Shown here: positions 28,915 to 38,796 of the stretch, in pieces | Layout: every line of letters starts with the position of its first letter | Position numbering within the stretch: position 1 is the stretch's first letter | IMG/VR virus record: IMGVR_UViG_3300006793_000018 | Location: 1-64,000 of that record | DNA from: a virus | Length of the DNA stretch: 64,000 bases | Direction: 5' to 3' (one strand) | The notes under the pieces: model-generated | Databases searched by the model: none | The model's input: only the letters and a program-made list of their open reading frames with translations | What the model was told of the DNA's origin: nothing | Position numbers and translations under genes: made by a program

Positions 28915-30303
28915 TTGATGACGGCAGCAAACCTCTCAGTATCCTCCGCAACATGGTCTGCGGATGGCTCTGATTTTTTGCTAAAATCTGCTGCATCAAA
29001 CGGCGATCTATTCGTCGCAGGATATGCATCGGTCGATATGGTCGATAAGCAGGGAGATCGTATCCCAGTCCCTGCGCTAAAGAAGGCATTCAATCAATTC
29101 ATGGGCAACAAGGCATTCCGCAATGTCCAGTTGGCACACTCTGGCATCCAAGTTGGAGAAGTTGTTTCCGATTACAAAGATACAGAAGGCCGACTTTGGA
29201 AATCCGAAGTCGATGATCATGGATTGTTCGTTGTTTGCAAGATCCGCAACGACATTCAAAAGGCACGTGAAGTGCAGAAGCAAATCCGCAATGGAGAACT
29301 ACGGGCGTTCTCAATTGGCGGTCAGGCACTATTTCGTGTGTCGAAAACAACCCCCGAACTCGGTACTCATCGTGAGATTACCGACCTTGAACTCCATGAG
29401 ATCACACTCTGCAAGAAGGGAATCAACCCTGAAGCAGCGTACACGATCCTAAAAATGGACGGAGATGACAACATGAGCAATACAGAAGTGTTAAACGAAA
29501 TTAAGGCAGGACTTTCCGAAGTTCTCAAAGAATTGAATGAAGGAAAGTCGGATGCAAAGACTGACGACAAATACATGAAAAATGTCGATTGTGACGATGA
29601 GGGCAACCCTATCGGACAAAAAGGCGATGACAAGATGAAGAAAGCCCAACAGGACGACGCTCTTGCATACATCGATACCCTCGAAAAGTTCGCTCACCAA
29701 TCTGGTGTTGATCTCGACGGACTCCGTGATCACTTTGGTTTGGAGAAGGCTTACCTTCCAGAACAAGGATCTGGCGGATACTCTCACCGAGGACAAGGCG
29801 ATGAAGTTGGATCTGGCGAAGATGCAACCGAACCATCGTACCCATCTCTCCCAAGTCCTGGCGGCAACCAATATGTGATCAAGGGGCCAAGTGTTCCTAA
29901 CATGAACATGGGCGCACCATCGGGCAACCAAAACGTCATCAAGTCCCTCACCCCAGAAACTCTGGAAAAGGGATACCGAACCTACGCTGCCCTTCGTGAC
30001 GAAGAAGCCGTGAAGGGTCTTGTCGAAAAGGAATGGCAGGAACGCTACAACGCAGAAACCGCACAGGCTCTCGAAGTTCGCAAAGCCAACGATGTCGGCG
30101 CACAAATCCACGCTCTCCGTGAAGAGATCTCGATGCTCAAGTCAGAGAATGTCGATCTCCAAAAGAGCGCAACCCCTGTGCCATCCGCACCAACCACTTC
30201 CATCCGAGTACCAACCCACGATGAATTTTCCCAAATGGGATCTGACCTCGAAGGCTGGCGAGCCGCAGAAGCACTTGCTATGCGAGCATTGCGAGGGGAA
30301 TAA
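28915..30303 (+). CDS. Prohead protease fused to scaffold region
   Basis: VAGYASVDMVDKQGD, QLAH..IQVG, GLFV, RAFSIGG, LHEITLC..G.NP; acidic coiled-coil C-terminal half; directly upstream of MCP. Confidence 0.9.
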   Translation: MMTAANLSVSSATWSADGSDFLLKSAASNGDLFVAGYASVDMVDKQGDRIPVPALKKAFNQFMGNKAFRNVQLAHSGIQVGEVVSDYKDTEGRLWKSEVDDHGLFVVCKIRNDIQKAREVQKQIRNGELRAFSIGGQALFRVSKTTPELGTHREITDLELHEITLCKKGINPEAAYTILKMDGDDNMSNTEVLNEIKAGLSEVLKELNEGKSDAKTDDKYMKNVDCDDEGNPIGQKGDDKMKKAQQDDALAYIDTLEKFAHQSGVDLDGLRDHFGLEKAYLPEQGSGGYSHRGQGDEVGSGEDATEPSYPSLPSPGGNQYVIKGPSVPNMNMGAPSGNQNVIKSLTPETLEKGYRTYAALRDEEAVKGLVEKEWQERYNAETAQALEVRKANDVGAQIHALREEISMLKSENVDLQKSATPVPSAPTTSIRVPTHDEFSQMGSDLEGWRAAEALAMRALRGE

Positions 30304-30324
30304 TCAAAACAGGAGAGATGAAGA

Positions 30325-31479
30325 ATGACGCAAGGATACATCCGAACAATCGAAGACATGGAACGCCTTTACTACGGTGCTGGCGCAGGATCGAACGCAT
30401 GGGCATACAGTGGAACTGACCTACTCAAGGCAGACTCACCTTTGATGTCCTCAACCGCTGGAACTTACAACGCCATCTTTGGCCGTAAGGTTTGGTCGCA
30501 ACTCAACCAAGAATTCAACGCTTTCTCAATTCTTCCTAAGAAGCCTTGGGAAAAGAGTGGATGGCGTGTCGTGACCGGCAAGCCTGACGAAGCCAGTGGA
30601 CTTCCTGAAAACGGAACCCTCCCTGACTCCACCAAGCCAACCTTCCACGAAGTCAGCACCAAGCCAAAGACCATTGCAAGCAAGTTCGACTTGAGCGAAA
30701 CCGCAATGTTCCTTGCAGACAAGGACGATGGACTTGGCGATGCACGTGCTGTGATCAAGATGGAAATGTCGAAGTCTCACGCTGAGTCGATCAACAAGAT
30801 GCTCCTTCGAGATGTCAACGTCGTCGCTGGAAACAACTTTGAATCCATTGACCGTGCAATCTCCTCCTCCTTCGTTGAGAAGTCTGGAATGTCCGACATC
30901 AGTTCCGCAGCAGTTCACAACCAATACAGTCTCACCCGTGACTCCTCTGGTGCTACTTCCCGTGAATGGTACGACGCCAACGTCGATGCTGGTGCAAACG
31001 GTGCTTCCAACGAACGCCCTCTCACCCTCAACATCTTGGATGGAATGTTCCGAGCAGTTTGGGAACGGGGAGGTCAGCCAAAGGTTATCCTCACTGGATA
31101 CGACACTGTTGAGAAGATCCAACAACTCCTTCAACCACAACAACGGTTCACTGAGATGAAGCGCGTCACGCCTTCCGTCAACGGTGTTCAAGGTGTTCCT
31201 GGTATGGATGCTGGATTCGTCGTTGCAACATACAACGGCGTCCCGATCATTCCTTCCAAGGATGTTCAAGATGATGGTCTTTCTCGACTATACTTCATCG
31301 ACACTGACTACACCTACTTCTGCACGGCTAAACCAACTCTTTACCACGAATCTGGTATCGAAACTGGCGATCCATTCGGTATCAACCGTCTTGGACAAGT
31401 CGGCCTATTCCACACAATGGGCGAACTCTGGCAACTCTTCTATGGCGCACACGGCAAGATCCGAGATCTTAGTGCCTGA
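30325..31479 (+). CDS. Major capsid protein (HK97 fold)
   Basis: Position after protease; LPENGTLPD, E-loop/P-domain pattern, YNGVPIIPSKD, LYFIDT; strong highly-expressed codon bias; putative propeptide ending DLLK|A. Confidence 0.9.
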   Translation: MTQGYIRTIEDMERLYYGAGAGSNAWAYSGTDLLKADSPLMSSTAGTYNAIFGRKVWSQLNQEFNAFSILPKKPWEKSGWRVVTGKPDEASGLPENGTLPDSTKPTFHEVSTKPKTIASKFDLSETAMFLADKDDGLGDARAVIKMEMSKSHAESINKMLLRDVNVVAGNNFESIDRAISSSFVEKSGMSDISSAAVHNQYSLTRDSSGATSREWYDANVDAGANGASNERPLTLNILDGMFRAVWERGGQPKVILTGYDTVEKIQQLLQPQQRFTEMKRVTPSVNGVQGVPGMDAGFVVATYNGVPIIPSKDVQDDGLSRLYFIDTDYTYFCTAKPTLYHESGIETGDPFGINRLGQVGLFHTMGELWQLFYGAHGKIRDLSA

Positions 31480-31506
31480 AGACAAAAAACATGGAGATGA
31501 TGAAAC

Positions 31507-31896
31507 ATGGCAAACACAAACCTAACAAGCGGAACAATTGTCGCTGATGTCCCAATGTGGGCTGGCGTACTCGAAGAAAGCAACACCGACTGGCTACAAG
31601 AGCCAATCGGTACGAACACGGCTGCTGGCGCAGTTCAAATGATGATCATTGATTTGGTCGTCACAAGCAACGCCGCAACCGTCTTCGATCTTGCTGATGT
31701 CGCAACTGGCACTCGACTGGATTTCCAGGGCGACACCGCCCACGGAGCAGCCGTTATTGCTGTCCTTGGCATTGAGAACCGAACTGGTGGACACGAAGAC
31801 ATGACCTTGGTACGTGGAGAAGGAGCGCAAGTTCTCTTCACCGCACCATCTGGCGTTTCAGGCGACACAGTTCGATTGACCATCATGTACCGTTGA
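31507..31896 (+). CDS. Putative virion structural (decoration) protein
   Basis: Follows MCP, beta-rich, SD GGAGATGA. Confidence 0.6.
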   Translation: MANTNLTSGTIVADVPMWAGVLEESNTDWLQEPIGTNTAAGAVQMMIIDLVVTSNAATVFDLADVATGTRLDFQGDTAHGAAVIAVLGIENRTGGHEDMTLVRGEGAQVLFTAPSGVSGDTVRLTIMYR

Positions 31897-31906
31897 GGTG
31901 ATCCCT

Positions 31907-32275
31907 TTGGGATACACAATCACATATGTCGGCGCAAAAGCGTACATTGAATTTGACGTCAACGGAACAAGTTATGGTTTCGCACGTGGCGATCCCAAAA
32001 CAAACATTCCAGACTCATGGATCGAAGAACGAATTCTCGGCGGCATTGACAACGGATCAACTTCTTGGAAAGTTGTCAGCGATGTTGCTGAGAAAAAGAC
32101 TGAGGCCATGAAAGAAGTTGTTGAGGCTACCGTCGAACCCGTTGAGGAAGCAGCACTTGCTCCCGAAGATCTTTCGACATTATCCCGTGCCAAATTGATG
32201 GCTTTGTGCAAGGAACGAGGCATTGATGTCTCTAACCGCGACAAGAAAGCCGATCTGCTTGAAAAGTTGGCATGA
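31907..32275 (+). CDS. Protein with C-terminal HeH/Rho-N-like domain
   Basis: LSTLSRAKLMALCKERGI....KKADLLEKL; TTG start after GAGGTGA. Confidence 0.7.
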   Translation: MGYTITYVGAKAYIEFDVNGTSYGFARGDPKTNIPDSWIEERILGGIDNGSTSWKVVSDVAEKKTEAMKEVVEATVEPVEEAALAPEDLSTLSRAKLMALCKERGIDVSNRDKKADLLEKLA

Positions 32276-32284
32276 GGGATCTAA

Positions 32285-32812
32285 ATGGCAAACAACAGGC
32301 AATCCATTACAGATGGCGAGAATTATCTTTCTCGAAGCCGTGTCAATCGCCACGTGATCACCCTAACGGGGGAATCCCCAAATCAATTAGTGCCTCTTAA
32401 TGGTAAAGTGTCTAAGGTCGTTGTTGATGCATCGGATGCATCGTTGGATGTTGGATCTGGAAACACTGGTGAACTCAAATTTCTTATGGACATCGAAGAC
32501 GGATCGGCAACCGAGATTCCTTACTTTGACACGATTGGAAAACTGAACTACACTGGCGCAGGATCAGGGCAAGTTGCTTTACTCGAAGTCACACCTGGTT
32601 CAAACAAAGGAACAGCCTCAGCCAAGAATTCTTTGCATTTCTCAGTCACAACAACTACGGCAGCAGAATCGGGTGGTGTTGCGATCAACGAACCCGCCGC
32701 ATGGAATGGCTTGGTTTGTGGGCAAGTGAGAGTTTTTGCAGATGTTGACCCAGGTAGCGGAACCGTTCTTGCTCCAGCATCAGTCATTAGAGTCATTATC
32801 TTTATGGAATAA
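32285..32812 (+). CDS. Putative virion structural protein
   Basis: Beta-rich ORF in the morphogenesis module. Confidence 0.6.
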   Translation: MANNRQSITDGENYLSRSRVNRHVITLTGESPNQLVPLNGKVSKVVVDASDASLDVGSGNTGELKFLMDIEDGSATEIPYFDTIGKLNYTGAGSGQVALLEVTPGSNKGTASAKNSLHFSVTTTTAAESGGVAINEPAAWNGLVCGQVRVFADVDPGSGTVLAPASVIRVIIFME

Positions 32813-32830
32813 GCATCTTTTATGAAAAGA

Positions 32831-32838
32831 GATATAAA
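32831..32838 (+). promoter_or_regulatory. Putative BRE/TATA (GAAAAGA-GATATAAA)
   Basis: 31 nt upstream of ATG 32862. Confidence 0.45.
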
Positions 32839-32861
32839 CAAAAGAACACTGAGGAATATAC

Positions 32862-33233
32862 ATGGCAGTTGAAGTTGAACAGCAAGGAAGAACAAACGTA
32901 GCAGGAAACAGACTGACTGTTTCTTTGAAAGTAGCAGATGACGATACCGCTTACATTGCTGGAGGCATTGCTTTCGATGCAAATGAGTATGTTGGAAATC
33001 CAGATATGGTTCATATCGAATCGGCTGCTATCGGCGTTATGTTCACCTATGATCGAGCAAACAAGAAGATCAAGGCATTCGTTGAACGAGATGATGCAAA
33101 CGCCCACGGTGTCCCTGATAGCGGTTCTGCACCAATGCCACTAACAGAGGCAATAGGAATGGATCTTTCAGGAGATATTGCCGCTGGAACAGGCATTATC
33201 CTACGAGTCATGATCACTGGCACACGTGCATGA
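32862..33233 (+). CDS. Putative virion structural protein
   Basis: Y.AGG, YDRANKKIKAF, E...DLS pattern seen in small head proteins. Confidence 0.6.
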   Translation: MAVEVEQQGRTNVAGNRLTVSLKVADDDTAYIAGGIAFDANEYVGNPDMVHIESAAIGVMFTYDRANKKIKAFVERDDANAHGVPDSGSAPMPLTEAIGMDLSGDIAAGTGIILRVMITGTRA

Positions 33234-33247
33234 GGGGGTGAAACCCC

Positions 33248-33562
33248 TTGGCTCGAATGAAGACAGGCCATATTGATCTTGAAACCTCAATTGAGATCAA
33301 CAAGCGAAGGCAATCTCGCATGTTGGAACTCATGACGAATGCTGGATCAATAGCAGAAGATCAATCTCCATTCAGCCATGAGAACATGGCAAACGCCCAA
33401 AAAAAATTCATCAAGGTCGATAACAAGCGTCGATCCGACATCCAAAACATTGGATCTGGGACCAGATGCACCGCATGTGGTTTGCTTCATTTTTGCTGGA
33501 CGCCTGAATGTGCGGTTTGTGGCGAGGCGATGCATTTCAATATGGGGAGCCACCACAGTTGA
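33248..33562 (+). CDS. Zn-ribbon protein
   Basis: RCTACG..CAVCG. Confidence 0.7.
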   Translation: MARMKTGHIDLETSIEINKRRQSRMLELMTNAGSIAEDQSPFSHENMANAQKKFIKVDNKRRSDIQNIGSGTRCTACGLLHFCWTPECAVCGEAMHFNMGSHHS

Positions 33563-33579
33563 ATGCGGAGCGGAATTGA

Positions 33580-35172
33580 ATGCCTCAAGTCTTCAACCCA
33601 GGACATAGACCAAGTGCGCCGCTTGATCCTACTGCTTTGGTGTATTGCACGGCTGACGAGGTAGCAGAGTTCTTGCAATTGCCACTTCCCGACCCAATTT
33701 CATTGTCAGCCGACACTACGATCACAACAGGAAAAATCAACATCCCTATCAGCGGCGTCGAATACCGAAGGTGGAAAATCGATGCCACTACAAACATCAC
33801 GGTGTACGATGACGATGACCCTATTGGCAAAACCTACACTGTTCTTGACGCAATAGGGGGGGGCAGCGGCAATGTTCATGTTCGAGCAACACAGGCAGAT
33901 GATGGAACGTCCTTTACAATTGCCAAAAACGCTCAAATTCAAATAAATCACGCTTTAACAAACAGCAAGGAGAGGGGTTTGACCAAATCTCATGTTGAGA
34001 ATTTGATCCTCAAGAAGCAAGACTACATCGATCAAGTATGTCGTATGTCTTGGCGTCCTCGAATCGTAGTCGATGAATATCAAAATTTTACCACTTTCAA
34101 ACCATATCGAAGGCGATACTACACGGATTATGTCGGCGCAGTTTATTTGAGGCATCGTGCAATTCAAAGAATACTTCGACTTGGCGTTTGGCAAAGCGAC
34201 TATTATCGTGAATTGGGCGGTGCAAGAACATGCATGAAGGTCAAAGAGCCAACAGAGATTGGTGCAGCAGGTACGGAAAAAATCTTCATTTGCAATGGTA
34301 CTGCCCATACTATCGCAATGCAAAACGGAGCAAGTTCAAACCAATGGCAATCGGACTTTGGAGCAAAAACCATCGCCCAAAACATTTCCAATCTGATCAA
34401 CAAAGATGTCGCCACTTCCCGATCAGCAATTGCAATAGGGGATTTGAAAGAACACGACAAACAATTGTACCTTCACGACGAATTTTTGGCAGTTGCAAAC
34501 AGTGATGAGGGTGATGGAAAAATAGTCATCACATCGTTGCGATCAACAGAAGAAGGTGAATCAAACACCATTGCAACGACCAATCCTGATGTGTTTGTAT
34601 TCTCTTTAGGCACAGATGTCTCAGCAAATATCACCTCAGTTGCAGGAGCCAATTTCACAGTCGATGATGCAGGGTCATTTACCAAAACAAACGGTTTGGT
34701 TTATTTCACAATAGGTTCGACCACACACATTGCTCGATGCACCAGATCAGGGAACACCTTCACAGTGGTTGATGATGCAACAGGAGGAACAATTGCTGCA
34801 TTAGCCACAGATGTCATTGTGAAGCAACAACGCTTGAACGTTGATATGAATGACGAAGAACGCCAATACGATTGGTGGTCGATGGAAGACAACGGAGCCA
34901 TAATGTTCAACAACCAATATCCATTTTATGAGAATCATTCGTTGAAGGTGTCCTACATTTATGGTGAGCGTTATCTTGACAAGGTGATCAAAGAAGTGTG
35001 TATCAAAATGGTGGCAATTGACATTATTATGACGGATGACTACACTGTTCTCTTTCCAGAAGGTTCGTCCAATATCGATCTAAACGCAAAGATCCAAAAG
35101 ATGGAGGAGGAAGTGAAGCGAATGCTTGTTCCATATCAAGAAACCATCATTGTCGCAGGGATGGGTGGTTGA
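33580..35172 (+). CDS. Head-tail adaptor/connector protein with large insertions
   Basis: N-terminal YCTADEVAEFL and C-terminal LKVSYIYG...IKEVCIKMVA typical of adaptors. Confidence 0.7.
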   Translation: MPQVFNPGHRPSAPLDPTALVYCTADEVAEFLQLPLPDPISLSADTTITTGKINIPISGVEYRRWKIDATTNITVYDDDDPIGKTYTVLDAIGGGSGNVHVRATQADDGTSFTIAKNAQIQINHALTNSKERGLTKSHVENLILKKQDYIDQVCRMSWRPRIVVDEYQNFTTFKPYRRRYYTDYVGAVYLRHRAIQRILRLGVWQSDYYRELGGARTCMKVKEPTEIGAAGTEKIFICNGTAHTIAMQNGASSNQWQSDFGAKTIAQNISNLINKDVATSRSAIAIGDLKEHDKQLYLHDEFLAVANSDEGDGKIVITSLRSTEEGESNTIATTNPDVFVFSLGTDVSANITSVAGANFTVDDAGSFTKTNGLVYFTIGSTTHIARCTRSGNTFTVVDDATGGTIAALATDVIVKQQRLNVDMNDEERQYDWWSMEDNGAIMFNNQYPFYENHSLKVSYIYGERYLDKVIKEVCIKMVAIDIIMTDDYTVLFPEGSSNIDLNAKIQKMEEEVKRMLVPYQETIIVAGMGG

Positions 35173-35173
35173 T

Positions 35174-35437
35174 TTGATTATCATCGCCGTCGTTGCAAAT
35201 CATGATAAAATTATGAAATTGTCAAAGGAGTTGTCTGTTTTAGCAGACGATGCCATAAATGGGGGGGTGCGTGATCTTGAAGAAAAGATGCTTCTCGAAG
35301 AGAAAAAAATGAATGAAGCGGATGGTCATGATTATACTGAGGAACAGTTGAAAGAAATTGTTGCAGCGAGGCTAAAAAACAATCATTTTTCTCGCAATAT
35401 CGATGACAAAATACAAAAAATGAAGGAGGTTATGTGA
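35174..35437 (+). CDS. Hypothetical neck-region protein (start uncertain)
   Basis: Charged helical ORF between adaptor and terminator. Confidence 0.55.
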   Translation: MIIIAVVANHDKIMKLSKELSVLADDAINGGVRDLEEKMLLEEKKMNEADGHDYTEEQLKEIVAARLKNNHFSRNIDDKIQKMKEVM

Positions 35438-35874
35438 TGGCAAAGGATGCAATTGAGTCGATCCGTGATCTGCTGAATGCCCAATGGAACCTTTCTCCAA
35501 AGCCTTCGATTGAAGACATTGCTGTTCTTGATCGGGGCGAGGGAAAGCGAACTCGTCTTCAAGACCAAGACGTGATCCGTATTTTTGAAACCGCTCACAA
35601 TGAAGCGCAACCAGAATTGTTGTTTGACTTTGTAAATATCCATGTCAATTTAACCATCGATGTTCGTACATCAAAGGGGAGAAAGAGACTGGGCGCACTT
35701 CGAGATGAGGTTCGGCGGATCATCCATAAGTTCCGAAAGGGCAATGGAAACGACTTTGACAGGGTTATCTTCAAGACGAGAACCGATTTGTCGGATCGTA
35801 GCAAGGGGTTATTCCGATACACACTTCAAGCAGAAGTTATCACATTCAGCGAAGTTCTGGAAACAATCACATAA
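35434..35874 (+). CDS. Putative tail terminator/completion protein
   Basis: Size and position before the tail tube; VNLTIDVRT..DEVRRII..FRYTLQAEV. Confidence 0.65.
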   Translation: MMAKDAIESIRDLLNAQWNLSPKPSIEDIAVLDRGEGKRTRLQDQDVIRIFETAHNEAQPELLFDFVNIHVNLTIDVRTSKGRKRLGALRDEVRRIIHKFRKGNGNDFDRVIFKTRTDLSDRSKGLFRYTLQAEVITFSEVLETIT

Positions 35875-35888
35875 AATGAGGCGATAAA

Positions 35889-38045
35889 ATGGTGAACACG
35901 ATATTCAAGGGCGACATTGCAGAAGTGTCATGGGGCAAAGAGACTGGATTGATTGCAACAGGAGATACAACGACTGATGGATGGGCGTCCTCCGCCCCAG
36001 TTGGAAACACCAGTTTGATCACAATTGGATCAGATGCACCTTGGGTGGCAACGGGTCCAGTCCTCCTAATTCCAGAGAATGCTTTGGTCGGCTGTGTTAT
36101 GACAATCAGCGCGGGCGGGAATTTTGCTTCCGATGATTTTGCAACCACCCGTCGAACCTACTACATCATTGCAAGTGATCAATCGGCAGGTACAATCACG
36201 GTTCAACCTGCATTGGTAAGTGGCACAGCAATCGCAGCAGCAAATGATGTGATGAAAATTCATTCCATCCGCTGCCCAACATTTGACTCTGCAACTCAAG
36301 TTCGCACGGATCAATTCTTTGGACTCCTTGATTCTTTCAGCCTCCCTGAGCCTGAGATTGATGTTCGACAGCAACACATCATCGGCATGGGTCGAGATGT
36401 GAACGTCCTTACAAGCGGCAAAGAAACCCTCGCTGGAGGAAGCATGTCGCTTAACGCTCACACCCTCCGCTGGTTGAAATACGCACTTGGGGGCGTTAGT
36501 TCTCGATCAAACAATGGAGAGTTATCTCACGCCACAGTCGCAAATACAATCCTAACCGCTCGACCTCTTCATCTCAAAGATGCAGTTGCAACCCTTTTAC
36601 AGTGTACCGCTCAAGTGGTTGGAGCAACAGGAGTTGACACAATTACGGCAATTGCAGGTACGGCCATGACTGGTTTGGGTGTTGATAAGGCTGGCAAGAA
36701 TTTGTTGATCGGTTTGACTTCATCAACTCATGCCACTCCAACAAGCATCACACTTGGAGCCGCTTATACGACGGTTCACGATCAAGTCTCTGCTGATGGC
36801 GGCATATTCAAGCACGTCAGCACAGGAGGTGCTTTGACATACGGATCATACACTGAACTTGTAGGAGCGAATGTTAATGGTTGCTTGGACATTGATACAG
36901 GTGCGGTCAATAACGCCCGAACCGATGGTACGCTCGCCCTGCTTCCAGCGATCACGGCAAGCATCGCAATCGATGACATTCGAGTAAAGGTCGGAACGAC
37001 CACGGCGGCAAAATTCACGGCTGGCGAATATATCGGAATCATTGACAAAAATAGCCATTCCATACCTGGTGCTGATGCAACTTTGCCTACGGTATTCAAG
37101 CATGAAATCCGAAGAGTCATCGCAGCGGTTGGTGATTATGTCTATGTTGAGGAACCATTCCTTTTCGCACACACTCTTGACGAATGTGGAGTCGAGAGGC
37201 TTTCATATCTCGATGACGATAAGCGAGGAAGCCCTCACATTGATTCAACCACCAAGGAATTGAAGAATGGCGTATCTCACACCATGTTTGGTGGCACTCG
37301 TTTGCCAACTTTCATGATTGAGCAATCATTCCGATCAACGGATGAAAGCCCAGGAACAAATCAGTTGCTCCGACTGTATAACGGTTGCAAAATTGAATCA
37401 GCAACTGTCAATGCAAACAGCGAGGGTGAATTGAAAATGGATCTATCCTACGAAGCAACTCGGCACTACACCGATACTGGCGGAGATATGGTTCCACATC
37501 GTATGTTTGAAACAACTGCAAACACAGCAGCAAATCGTAAAGTGAGTGGAATCGCTGTCAATGGTGAAAAGCCGTATCTGTTCCAAGACATTTCAATTGA
37601 GGTCTTTGGCGCACCAGTTCTCCGTGGCACTCAATTTGAGTTCCAGATCACAAACGGAAATGAAGCAAGGCATTACATCCGTGGGTATGAAGGGAGCGCA
37701 TCGGATTCCGATCATGTCCAATTGGGAAGCACCTCAACAGCATTTGAGATCACAGAATCAAAGAGAGCATACGCCTTCCGGTTCTCAGCCATCGTTGAAG
37801 ACGACCGACTCTGGGAGCAAGTTCGCACTCGAAAGCACCATCTCAACTCAAATGACATTGTTCTTCGCTTGAAGAAACGAGGATCACACGCTACGAGGGA
37901 ATCGGCAACCATCACCCTCGAAGACTACACCATCGTGAAAGCAGATCACCAAGTACCTGATGACAAAGGAGCCGTCATTGTTGAAGTTGATTTGCTTGTG
38001 CGCCATCTTAAAGTGGAAGAGAACTCACCTTATTTGGCACTTTGA
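35889..38045 (+). CDS. Major tail (tube) protein with large insertion domains
   Basis: N-terminal FKGD..EVSWGKETG; C-terminal LYNGCKIESATV..EGELKMDLSY; upstream of chaperones and TMP. Confidence 0.7.
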   Translation: MVNTIFKGDIAEVSWGKETGLIATGDTTTDGWASSAPVGNTSLITIGSDAPWVATGPVLLIPENALVGCVMTISAGGNFASDDFATTRRTYYIIASDQSAGTITVQPALVSGTAIAAANDVMKIHSIRCPTFDSATQVRTDQFFGLLDSFSLPEPEIDVRQQHIIGMGRDVNVLTSGKETLAGGSMSLNAHTLRWLKYALGGVSSRSNNGELSHATVANTILTARPLHLKDAVATLLQCTAQVVGATGVDTITAIAGTAMTGLGVDKAGKNLLIGLTSSTHATPTSITLGAAYTTVHDQVSADGGIFKHVSTGGALTYGSYTELVGANVNGCLDIDTGAVNNARTDGTLALLPAITASIAIDDIRVKVGTTTAAKFTAGEYIGIIDKNSHSIPGADATLPTVFKHEIRRVIAAVGDYVYVEEPFLFAHTLDECGVERLSYLDDDKRGSPHIDSTTKELKNGVSHTMFGGTRLPTFMIEQSFRSTDESPGTNQLLRLYNGCKIESATVNANSEGELKMDLSYEATRHYTDTGGDMVPHRMFETTANTAANRKVSGIAVNGEKPYLFQDISIEVFGAPVLRGTQFEFQITNGNEARHYIRGYEGSASDSDHVQLGSTSTAFEITESKRAYAFRFSAIVEDDRLWEQVRTRKHHLNSNDIVLRLKKRGSHATRESATITLEDYTIVKADHQVPDDKGAVIVEVDLLVRHLKVEENSPYLAL

Positions 38046-38084
38046 TAGTGAGCCTTTAAGACAAATACAGGACAGGGATTTATC

Positions 38085-38453
38085 ATGCGAATTGTAGGAT
38101 TTGTGATGTTTAATGGGCAGAGAGTACCAGTTGACTGGTCAATTGTAGGAACTAAGATCGAACACGGAGTCGGCTTAAGTGCAGATAATGTTCAAATGTT
38201 CATCAATCTTCCAACTTATGTTGATGAATCAGGAGAAGGATTGGCTCAGGCTGTTGAAGAAGTTGTATCGACCACATCAGGAAAATATGGCGATATGCTT
38301 GTGAACGATCTTCGTGTGATGTTGAGTCAAAGAGATCTCCCCACATACGGCAACAAAACAGACTTAATTGCACGTTTGGTCAAAGACGATGCAACCCCAG
38401 TTGTTGAAGAAGTATCAACTACCGAAGAGGTGAGCGATGATGGCGAAGCGTGA
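38085..38453 (+). CDS. SAP-domain protein
   Basis: MLVNDLRVMLSQRDLPTYGNKTDLIARL; CTTTAAG 31 nt upstream. Confidence 0.75.
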   Translation: MRIVGFVMFNGQRVPVDWSIVGTKIEHGVGLSADNVQMFINLPTYVDESGEGLAQAVEEVVSTTSGKYGDMLVNDLRVMLSQRDLPTYGNKTDLIARLVKDDATPVVEEVSTTEEVSDDGEA

Positions 38454-38796
38454 TGCCTTCATCCTCAGCAATACTCCGACTGAACATCTCCTTGAAACTC
38501 CAATGGGGGAATTGGTCGTTTATGTCAAGCAACTTTCTTGGGTTGAACAGCAAGACGCTATGTCTCGCTTTGTTTCTTTCAAAACAGACTCCGAAGGAGT
38601 TGTTGCACCAGACATCGATTTGGGCGGATATTGGCGGTATGTTTTGACCAACTGTGTGGTCGAAACCGAACCCGCCCTTTCTAAGAAAGATCTTCTAAAC
38701 TTGCACCCCGATGTAGGAAATGCAATCCGAACCGTACTACCTGATCTCAATCAAATTATTGGTCAATTTGCAGGTGGCGTTAGCCCTTTGGAGTAG
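38437..38796 (+). CDS. Tail assembly chaperone (gpG-like)
   Basis: Between tail tube and TMP; ends at a slippery heptamer. Confidence 0.75.
   Translation: MMAKRDAFILSNTPTEHLLETPMGELVVYVKQLSWVEQQDAMSRFVSFKTDSEGVVAPDIDLGGYWRYVLTNCVVETEPALSKKDLLNLHPDVGNAIRTVLPDLNQIIGQFAGGVSPLE
38784..38790 (+). other. -1 programmed ribosomal frameshift site C-CCT-TTG
   Basis: In-phase X XXY YYZ heptamer two codons before the stop; the -1 frame opens exactly at 38784 (TAG at 38781-38783) and runs to 39146. Confidence 0.8.

Noticed and set aside
29491-31269. Long minus-strand ORFs (206 aa and 247 aa) opposite the protease and MCP
   Set aside because: Antisense shadows caused by the strong codon bias of highly expressed genes; no motifs, SD or independent context.
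35889-38045. Contractile tail sheath (suggested by the 718 aa size)
   Set aside because: N- and C-terminal segments resemble tail tube proteins, there is no separate tube gene after it, and no baseplate wedge (gpJ-like) gene was recognised.
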